Assembly: GCA_000934665.2 (NCBI GenBank)
Contig: JYFJ02000131.1
Span: forward strand, 124,001-172,732
DNA from: Catajapyx aquilonaris
Taxonomy: Eukaryota
Reading direction: 5' to 3'
Length of the DNA stretch: 48,732 bases
Part shown: in pieces, positions 20,794-30,190 of the stretch
Layout of the letters: every line of letters begins with the position of its first letter
Position numbering within the stretch: the stretch's first letter is position 1
The notes under the pieces: generated by a model
Database searches by the model: none
The model's input: only the letters and a program-made list of their open reading frames with translations
What the model was told of the DNA's origin: nothing
Position numbers and translations under genes: made by a program

Positions 20794-23200
20794 CCGCGGC
20801 GTAGGGAGGGGGTTGGGGTTGGGGGAAGTTGTTACCCTCCCCGCCCTGGACCCAAAAATAAAGTTCAAGGCCGGAATAGCGGTGTCTCCCACATGTATGC
20901 TCCTGCAAGTCACGTGACGCCTGTAAACATGGCGGCCGGTAAAGGAGCCTTATATCTAAAGGAGAAGTCCATCGTGGTGAACTAGCTTATCGGCTCTTTA
21001 ATCGGCCGGACTAACCCCCCCCCCCCGCAACCCCCAGATATCACTTGCAAAGCCTGGTATCCGTGACGCAATGGGCTCTAACAGCCAATCCCGGAACAGG
21101 CTTCTTGCGCGGGTTGCATGTGGGGTGTGTGTAGGTGGGGGCAAGGGTGGGGGTGGGGGTTTCTCTGTCAAGGTTGGGGGGTAGGGTGACAATCATCGGC
21201 GTAGGGCCCTAGGTGCGCAATGTGAACCATGTGGCGGGCGGGCGGGCGACTATACAATGAACATCCAAACTGGCCCTCGGGCTGCCCCTGGGTGCACCCC
21301 ACACCATTGCATTGCATTCGGTTGGGGATGTGGTGATAAATCCGACATTACAGAACTGACAACGCACATTCAAAGTGGCCCCGGACCGCCCCGGGGCCGC
21401 CCCTAGCCACGGTCCGCCCACACCCACGATCCGTCCCGGTCCTCACTCCACACGATTTCATTGCATTTGGTTGGTGAGGCGATGTAAAATCCGACCTGAA
21501 GGAAGTCACATCCGAAAAGGCCCCCGGGCCGCCCCGGGGCCGCCCCAAGCCCCATGCCTCCCCCGGGCACTCTCCCCCGCAACCTGAAGCAAACCCTGCC
21601 CCACCAAAACTCCCTGGGGGCCTGAAAAAGCCCAGGGCCAACACTCCCATAAGTCCTACGGAATCTTGAGAGGTCCCGTGGATTTACAGGATGTTTTCAA
21701 TCGCGCGCCTCCCGTAACTTTTCACCACGGTGGCGTCCGTCGTCCGTATGGGAGTTACGTCACAATTTATGCCCTTGCAGACTTACGCGAGCCACCACGA
21801 TTCCGGACCAAATCAGATATTTTAAGGTATAAAATCGCACCTGCGCAAATATTTTATATGGTGGATGATGTAAGTCATTTATTCCAAATGGAAAATAACT
21901 GTAAGGTGACCAGACATCCTGATTTTTTTTTTACGTTACCCCGTGCTAGGGCCATGGGCCCTTTTAGGGGGGTGGGATACCACCATTTGCTTCAATTTTC
22001 TATTTATTTATTTTTCTTCTTCACTCCGGTGCAAGGATGAAAGTACATGGGGAAGGGATAGGGAATTTTTGGGGAGGGAACATGGGTGCAAGGTGCACGT
22101 CTGAAAATGGGTCATGTGCTGTTCCCCAGGAGGTTAGGTTGCCAGACACCTCCTTGGTGCAGGTCAGAGACCCTCCTGACGCAGGTGAAAGGAAAGTTCC
22201 CCAGGGATCGAACATGGGGCCTTTCACTCAGCAAGCCGTGACGTTACCATCACGGCCACCACACCTCCCCCGACATCCTGAATTTACCGGGGCAGTCTCG
22301 AATTTTCATCCTTTGTCCCTGATTTTTTCAAGGGTCATTGGGACGCCCATTTGTCCCGCCAAAGTTTGTTGACGGGAAAAACTGATTTTTCGTTTTTTTT
22401 CCTAGGAAAATTTGGGTTTTTCTTGTTTTTTTTACAAAGACCCAGATTTTTACCAGAAAATCTGCATAGATTATGTTTCAAATATTTAACACATAAAATG
22501 ATGAGACACATCATAAAAGATGTCATTTTTTGTGATGTAGGCTATGCCAACTTGTCAGTACAAAAATAGAAAAACTAATCTGGCCTACAGTTATGGACAT
22601 TAGTATAGGCCTATAATCACTATATACTTTTTGTGACACGATTTTTTTTTGTTAGGATCAGATTCCACCGCAGTAAAAGTGCAACAAAGCAGGGTCTTTT
22701 TATGCGTTTTGAAATGACTTCTCATCGTGACCCTTTTCTTTTTCCCATGTAATGTAGGCTAATGTAGAATATGGAGTTTGACTACAACTTGTAGGCTACT
22801 ATTAATTATTATCCCATGCACACATTTTTCTGGAATTTATACCTTGAATATTATACAGTATTACTCTCTTTGCATATATTTCAGCCAATTCCCAAATAGT
22901 CTGTTGGGTCATTTGCCAGTAGTAATTATCTTGCATTTTCATTTAAATAACTGGCAGATGATAATAAACTGGATATGGATATAATGTTTTGGATGATTTT
23001 GGATGTCTAAATTTTGAGCATGTTGACGAAAGGAACCAAGCAGCATGCAATCCAGTTAAAAATAAATAACTAACTGGTCCGTTACATTCACCTAAGCTTA
23101 AGTGAGCTTGAACAGCAAAAAAAAATTCGCCTGCGGCGGACCGCTTCGCTCTTCCATCCATCCAATCCCCCTCCCCTCCAATTTCCTGGCTACGCCGCTG
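20794..23200 (+). mobile_element. Internally deleted / nested hAT-like DNA transposon
   Basis: Inverted ends ccgcggcgtag-ggagggggttgg (20794) and ccaatccccctcc...ctacgccgctg (23200), with subterminal ttcgcctgcggcg. Frameshifted peptide HL...ILHFH..LAD..KLDMD.VLDDF at ~22910-23010 resembles the hAT C-terminal dimerisation domain. Internal hAT-type end taaggtgaccagacatcctg at 21902. No clean 8-bp TSD seen. Confidence 0.55.
21260..21550. repeat. Diverged GC-rich tandem repeat, ~150-bp period, ~2.3 copies
   Basis: cattgcatt(c/t)ggttgg...aaatccgac...cacat..aaa..ggcccc..gccccggggccgcccc occurs twice (~21300-21410 and ~21450-21550), with a partial third copy at ~21260-21300. Confidence 0.75.
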
Positions 23201-24039
23201 AAGATGAGCTATTCACCTCAAGGTTTTGGTAGGCCTTCTACGGTCACTGTCGTTACCTGTGATGTATTACGCCATAAATATACAGTAAATAAAGTTTACG
23301 AACGGTAGTTGGATGTTCTCAATCTTTAATGTTATAATTATGTGACATTTTTCCTCCCTGAAAATAACGCATTTAATTTGACAGCACACAGCACGGACAA
23401 GTGTAAGGTGTAGAACCATGACCCCCGGAGACTTGATGGAATGAATTCCAGAAGCTGCCGTTGGAAAGACGGGATTCTGACATGTGTCGGAGTTTAAGCG
23501 TAGTTTAACATACATTGCGTAAACGACAGTTCTCTGGCCATACGTAAAACAGCGTAAAGTAGCATAATAGGAGAAATTTTAAACATGTAATAATAATATT
23601 ATCCTGCAGACTTTAAATATTAAACGTTACAATGTACGACAATGCCACTTATATTGCTGTTATATATCCGGCAACATTATTTAAAATATTAAATGCTGAG
23701 GAACCTGTAAAATCTCAGAAGAGTCTTGTCCCACATTACCATATACAAGCATGGGAATAATAATAATAAGGTACATCCAACAGAAGGGTGTTAGAACAGT
23801 ACATAGTGCAAGTACGTACGTCAACGGCTTGTGTGTTTCGAGCCTGGCCGTAGAAAACTTACACATTATTTTTTGTGACGTCTGCATTTTGCAATATTCT
23901 CACACCTTGTAGTGTGTGTTTTCCTCCTGCACTTTTCATAATTCTACTCTACTGGTCATGCTTCTTAAAATTAATAATACTCAGTTCTGAACATGCTAGG
24001 GTTGCCCAGCAGAAACGTCCAATTTAAAAATTACGTGGC

Positions 24040-24049
24040 GCTGAGTCAT
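24040..24049 (-). promoter_or_regulatory. ARE/AP-1-like motif ATGACTCAGC
   Basis: Plus strand gctgagtcat, ~830 bp upstream of the copy-2 TATA-like box. Matches the CNC/Maf antioxidant response element core. Single site. Confidence 0.25.
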
Positions 24050-24374
24050 CATAGCCTACATAAGTACGACATTCCAGAGCTCTTATTCATATAGTAAATT
24101 GTCGTCTTATACAGATTCATAAATTTTGTAGTTTATTTTTAACCCTTCATAAAGTGCACTTCCCATGAGCAGAAAATTACAAAGGAGCATGGCATGTATA
24201 TTGTATAAGGCGTTCCAAAAATTTTGTTACTGACTTTTGCAAAATGATAAGAGTCATTGTTGCATCAACATTAATGAATATAGGCATTATTATTGCAACC
24301 ACATATCGCATTATAAACATTCATAATATGTGGAGATAATGATTTCATTTTAACATTTCCACATAAGTATCCTC

Positions 24375-24447
24375 CGTCCGACCCTAGGATCGAACTGGGG
24401 ACTTCAGGGGTGGAAGGCTGCGGCGCTAACCACTCGGCCACGGTGTC
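24375..24447 (-). pseudogene. tRNA-derived sequence (Gly-TCC-like tRNA pseudogene or SINE head)
   Basis: Minus strand GACACCGTGGCCGAGTGGTTAGCGCCGCAGCCTTCCACCCCTGAAGTCCCCAGTTCGATCCTAGGGTCGGACG has an A box (TGGCCGAGTGG), a B box (GTTCGATCC) and a CTTCCAC loop at tRNA spacing. Acceptor and anticodon stems do not pair properly. Confidence 0.75.
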
Positions 24448-24878
24448 GCCCTAAGGATGCGAATACTTTACATAATTGAGCAGGATGAGGCAAATACTGA
24501 GTAATAAAAGAAGCTTCAGTGCTTGACCAATGACGCATGGGAAAAGGCGGAGTGGAGGAAAATAAGCTAATCCTGAATTTAACTCGCGTGAACACTGACA
24601 GAAGAAGGCAACACGCGAGAAAATTGCTTTTTATGACGCTGAAGCCCTCTTACCCAATATGGTAATGAGTAACAAATATTTCTGCTCGAGATAGTTTCAA
24701 GGATACAAAATGAACCAGTTTCACTTCATGCTATCGCTCCTACTGTATATATACATACGTAAGTATGCACGACTATTCGCCACGAAAATTGTAACATACT
24801 GCCGTGCGAAAATCTCTGATGAAGCATATTATTTTTTTGCGCGGCCTTTTTTTTGCAGAGAGGTTGTTATGACTCGAC

Positions 24879-24916
24879 TATTTAAAGTCTCAAGAGCCGA
24901 CTCCCACCTTCACATT
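24879..24916 (+). promoter_or_regulatory. Putative core promoter of oxygenase copy 2
   Basis: TATTTAAA at 24879-24886 and tcacatt at the same spacing as in copy 1. Confidence 0.45.
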
Positions 24917-24947
24917 GCTGTAGACGTTGCAACGGAACTTATCCGAG

Positions 24948-26042
24948 ATGCAGAAGCAAGTGATAGATTCTGATGCTCTTTTGCGAGATTGGAATTTGGC
25001 TGCCAACCTCTCTGGCACCAACTTCCCTTCCTTGGACGACCCACCTCCTCCTTGGGTGGACAAGGACAAGTTCAAGAGAGGGCAGGAATTCACCCTCAAG
25101 TATTTCGGAATCCTCTACCTCTTGAACGTACTCGGGTCAGCCCTGTCCTTCGCATGGGGCCCAATATACAAAATCCTGATGTACACCGCCAACTTCGAGG
25201 ACCTCCCCAGATGCACCAAGAGACTTCTGGACACCCGGTATTACTTCAAGCTGTGGGCCTCGGGGGACATCTGGAATCCACGAGACTCTTCTCACCAGGC
25301 AATGGTCCAGGTGCAGAAGATGCACCGGATGGTGGCCGCATCTGTCAGAACCAACCCTCAAAAGGTGGACGACGCATCGCCCAACATCCGTTTGGAACCG
25401 GAAGTGTGGTCCGAGTGCACCTGGTGGCCAATGCTGAGAGAAGATTGGACTGCGGCACTGGGGCCTCTGAAGAAGAAGGTTCAAGCTGATGGGGACATTT
25501 TATTCACGCAGTTTGATGCGGTGGTCACCATTATTGGACTGTTTGGCCCTCCGCTGCTTTGTCCAGAGAAGAGTGGTTTGTCCCATGTGTCCAAGCAAGA
25601 ACTGGAGGACTACGCTCACGTTGGACGAGTTCAGGTGTATTACATGGGGGTTGAGGACAGGTTCAATCCTTTCGATGGCAATTTGGACCAAATAAGAGCC
25701 AGGATGAACCTTCTCTTTCAGTATGTGATCGCTCACGGTTTCCAAAACATATCGCGAGAGGAGGAGTACATTTTCCGAATGCATATAAAAAGTTTGGCCA
25801 AAATGTCTCCATTACCGTCTGTTCTTCAAACTCTCATAAGTGCGGAGGTGAGTTTGCTTTTAATTGCTTGGGTTCTGGATATGAAATTGCCGACATGCAC
25901 AATAAATGCAAGCTTCTCCAACATAATTGTTTTAAGGCTAACTCAGTTTGCCTTTATGTTTTTAGGGAAGCTAGAATCTTTAATATCATGGATTAATCAT
26001 GTCTTTGACTATACTTTCGAGAACGGCACAATTCGTAAATAA
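24948..26042 (+). CDS. MpaB/Lcp-like (DUF2236) putative haem oxygenase, copy 2, 364 aa, intronless
   Basis: Intact ORF collinear with copy 1, no indels. By hand count, 21 amino-acid differences and 33 nt differences. Same motifs. Confidence 0.85.
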   Translation: MQKQVIDSDALLRDWNLAANLSGTNFPSLDDPPPPWVDKDKFKRGQEFTLKYFGILYLLNVLGSALSFAWGPIYKILMYTANFEDLPRCTKRLLDTRYYFKLWASGDIWNPRDSSHQAMVQVQKMHRMVAASVRTNPQKVDDASPNIRLEPEVWSECTWWPMLREDWTAALGPLKKKVQADGDILFTQFDAVVTIIGLFGPPLLCPEKSGLSHVSKQELEDYAHVGRVQVYYMGVEDRFNPFDGNLDQIRARMNLLFQYVIAHGFQNISREEEYIFRMHIKSLAKMSPLPSVLQTLISAEVSLLLIAWVLDMKLPTCTINASFSNIIVLRLTQFAFMFLGKLESLISWINHVFDYTFENGTIRK

Positions 26043-26422
26043 GAGTCGCAGTGAAAACGTTACTTGTAAATAATATTTTTAGTGAACCTTGTTGGCTAAC
26101 TAATATGAGAGACAAACGTGGGAAGATGTTGCACAAAATGCCAATTCTTGTATCCGAATATTGATTACTACCTGACAAAAAAGAACTTCAGAAAGTGTTT
26201 CCGTATATTAATGAAACCTTCCTTATCAAGTTACCTTCTAATTGATACTGGACTGTCATTATAAAACAGGGTGTAACGAAATCATTCAAAGGCAATATAC
26301 TGCATCAATATTGAATTATGTGAATGTTAAACGCGATAATATTTTTCTCGTACATTGCAAGTGAACTGTTGTGATTTTTAGGAAGCAAAATATTCTATCA
26401 TATCATATCCTATAAAGCTACA

Positions 26423-26689
26423 ATAATTAAATACCTCGGGAGAAGAACGATCAAGGTCCACTTTTTGTCAAATATGAGTTACATACCCCATAGGATAGTT
26501 TCACTAGCGTAGAATAAGGTGGTTTGGTAGTGGTTGTTGAGTAATGAGCTAGTCCACTATGGAAGGCCTGAAAGTGGGATTTACCTTGGGATTTACAATG
26601 GAACCTTATGGCCCTTCGAAAGAAAGTGGAATATTTAAGTTTCACCTGAGGTGGACCTTGGTCGTTCTTCCCCCGACGTCTTCAATTAT
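26423..26689. mobile_element. MITE (~267 bp) with ~39-bp imperfect TIRs
   Basis: Left ataattaaatacctcgggagaagaacgatcaaggtccac versus reverse complement of right end ataattgaagacgtcgggggaagaacgaccaaggtccac (5 mismatches). Superfamily not assigned. Confidence 0.85.
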
Positions 26690-29600
26690 CATTGGATACG
26701 GATATAGTATGTAGTACATATTTTGCTTACTAAATTGACGTAAAATGACGTAAATTACATGAATCAATTAGAAAACTATAATTGGCTAACTGATTCATGT
26801 AATATACGAATAATCACACTCACAACAGTTTTTAAATGCCTGTGACATAGCAGAACGCTATTTCGTGTCCTGCTACATGAAGCAAGACATGAAGCGTCAT
26901 CCACTCATACTGTGAACATGGAGTAGATGAATCAACAATATGCTAGCAGCAACCTATCATGTGTTTCTCTTACGAGAAGTACAGTATACATAATTATCTC
27001 AATAATGAACAGTTCTGTGCATTGGTACTTGTGACATTCAACTTCTAAATATATGTGAGTGCAACAGGAAGTCATTTTGGTAACTACACTATTTCCTCGC
27101 ATGGTAATGAAAATTCAATGTTGTATTATCTGAAAATGCACTTCCCTACTGTCATTTATATAAGTGTATAGTTCGTTGTCATTTTGTGTGTTGCGTCTCC
27201 CAAAAGAGCTTCTAAATAAATAAAGACGTGTATTTATACCTTCACCTTTTAAAATAATAATGAAGAGAGGTATCCAAGTGATTTACGGAGTCGTCCTTCC
27301 TCAAGGACCAACGGCAGTCACTAACAGAACAACTACAGTACTACATGAGAAATCTTTCTTAACAACGTCATGCTCTAAAGTCTAAAGAGTCAAAACTAAT
27401 GAAAGGAAGTGCAAGTTCTTTGTAATATTTAACCGTATTTAACACTAATTATTTTTACGTACATAAATCGACTTTCATTTATTTTGGAAAAAAATGACAA
27501 AGATTTAAGAAAAATCTGGCATCCCAACAAAAAAAAATATGATGTTGTTTACTAACAAGTGTTGCTTAATATCGTGTGCCTAGCTGAGATAAGCAATGAA
27601 AGCGAAAAACTGAAAATTTTCAGCCTTGAAATGAATCGTACAGTACATAATTCACTACACCGGTTTGCGTTTAGGAAAGAGAAACTGCTTCTCACGAAAG
27701 CCGTAAAACACTGCGTAAAACATGAAAACCCAACAAAAAAATATTAGTCATCAACTTTTGTCGGTCCGAGTAATGAGCTATGCGTTCATTTCACTCAATG
27801 AAGCGGACCTAATAATGTACATACAAATAAAATAATCCTATTTTTTTCATTTCTCTGAACAAGTTTGATTTTATAATTATATTTCTGGAATTGAAAATAA
27901 ATAAATATCGCAAGATGAGTAGTGTGAGTAGAAGTAACGGACATGCTGCTGCAAACGGTACACCTGCGTACGCCCTGTACGTAATGTATTCCAAACGTTC
28001 ACTTCCTCATGCAGAGTCGTTTATTTTCTACTACAGCCAACACACTTGGTGCATAATAATGCTTTGTTATTCGTAGTAAGGAAAACCTTATTTTTTGCAA
28101 TAACTTAACTGTACTGAATCTGGACTGAAGTTAGACTTCGTCTCCCGTGCGCAACAAATACTGCGTACGGGTGTAAATGTCAAACATTAATTGAAATTTT
28201 GCACTTTATAATGGTTAATATCACACCCTACTCCATAACGTCCACAACTACTTCATTACATCATAATTTACGAAACACGATGCCTTGTTATGCTATCACG
28301 TTGTTGTATTAAATATTATTGATAATATTATAATCACTTCGCAATAGTTGGGAACAACTCTAAAATGTGGTGTTCGAGAGGTACTAACTCTATCACGCTA
28401 TGGGCTGATCCTTGAATTTTCCTTTTCCTCATCAGAGCTCAGCAGGTCTGTTTTACGTAACGAGTAACCAAAGTTTCGCCTCACTCCCAAATTCACATCC
28501 CGTATTTATTCTCTTGTTTAAATTAAGAATTTGTCGTCCTTATCCCAAAATTTCAATTCAACTTGATAAAAATGTATGTATAGGTGATTCATATAAATAT
28601 AATACATGAGTCACGTGAGGCAATAGCACAGTAATGCGTATTTAAATGCTTTTCAGACTTCCAACACTGTTGTGTGGCATCAAAATTCTTACACGTCAGT
28701 CATATTATACGTATTTTCTAATTTGCAATCATTATTTCAGTGTACAATTTAATAAATCTAACTAAGCCTAATACCGTGTAATACGTATCAACGACAAAAT
28801 GGTAAAACTCCAATATTACGTTTTCAAAGCATTACGAAGCGGCTGCAATGGTTCGCTGTAGCTTGCACTATTTGGCATAACATGTTCCACACCTGCATGT
28901 AACTTAATTGTGTCTAATTAAGTCCGCCTGAAGTCATAAAGCACCAGTCACGCACCAATTCCCAAAATCACGCACATTTCACAGTGCAACATGTTGTGTC
29001 AGACACGTCTCATGATCGTGATCTTGACACTGCGCGTCCTTCACGATGGTTGGATGGTGAATGTCTCAGAGTCACAATTATATACTCTACTAAGTAATTC
29101 ACTGGCCTTGCCTATGTGCTGTACAGTACTACAATAAATTAATCAGTTTTCACAGCAAGTGGATTCAAGGTCACTGGTGCATCCCAGGCTGTTTGTACTG
29201 CAGGTGAAATCTTGTTGCACCAGTGAATATACTCCCAGAACCTGCTGCGTAAGTTGCACATGTGAAATGCACACGCAAACATTTTCTCGTAACGGGAATA
29301 ATCCCAAGCGTATAGAACAGCCTGCCTAGCCTCAATATTGGGTCGAATATACGCCCGCACCTTTGCCTATTTAGGTTCGGAAATTACGTAACATCAATTA
29401 GCACTTAGCCCAACTTCATAAAACCAACCTCTAATCTACAATCGTTGTCCAGCACAAAAAAACCCACTTTTACTAGGGAAGAAACGAGAGCATTAGTGCA
29501 ATTACGTCGACTTCAGTGAATTATGAGCATGATGTGGATTAATTGAATTATTTATGCTAGCCGGAAATTCTAAATTAGCAACATCTCAGTTCTACATATC

Positions 29601-30007
29601 TGAATGTTTTCTGTCAGGTTGAAGGCACAATTATTATTTTGACTTATTGCAACGTCAGAGCTTTAATTTTCTTGAAATAATGCTGATTTGGTGACAGTTA
29701 TACCCTCTCTAACTCTTGTAACTCGAAATTTAATTACCTAGATGGCTCACTACCGTGGATGGAACATACGTCTTTCTTTACCACGGGATTAAATCTGGAA
29801 GGCAGTGATTCAGCCAGAATGACGTCATTCACTGCTGGGAGCTTTTGATTCCACTTTTTCTTTTCCTGGAAAAATGCCACTCAGTACAATTGCGAAAAAA
29901 AGTCATGATCATGGCGACCCAGGGCTTCCCTCTCTAAATAATATAATAACCTCAGTTTAAACAGGAGTCGTGTCTCATTCACGAAAAGCGAATCGATATA
30001 CCAAAAC

Positions 30008-30190
30008 TGACTCAGTGGAATGTTATCCTGCTCAGCATGCAACCCAAGAGCTTCTCTTGACTCACGGGACTGCTCAGCTCACAGGGGCAGAGATATCAAT
30101 TCACCTTGATATAAAAGCCACTGCTGGTGTGTGTATTTCAGAAGCTGTGAGAAGAAACAACTGGCAGAGGAAGCAACAATAGTTGCAGGT
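30008..30190 (+). promoter_or_regulatory. Candidate TATA promoter with upstream AP-1/Maf-like motifs and a short non-coding first exon
   Basis: TGACTCA at 30008 and 30058, TGCTCAGC at 30029 and 30071, TATAAAAG at 30110-30117, TCAGA with the A at 30140 (30 nt from TATA), CAG|GTAT donor-like site at 30188/30189. Confidence 0.35.

Larger units (their letters stand above)
24877..26212 (+). repeat. Recent duplication/conversion tract, copy 2 (pairs with 17258-18579)
   Basis: Same boundaries as copy 1. The 3' flank has an extra 19 nt (cacaaaatgccaattcttg) relative to copy 1. Confidence 0.95.

Noticed and set aside
29158..29205. SGFKVTGASQAVCTAG looks like part of a sushi/CCP domain
   Set aside because: Preceding Cys and following Trp/Pro-x-Cys are missing, and there are no neighbouring exons.
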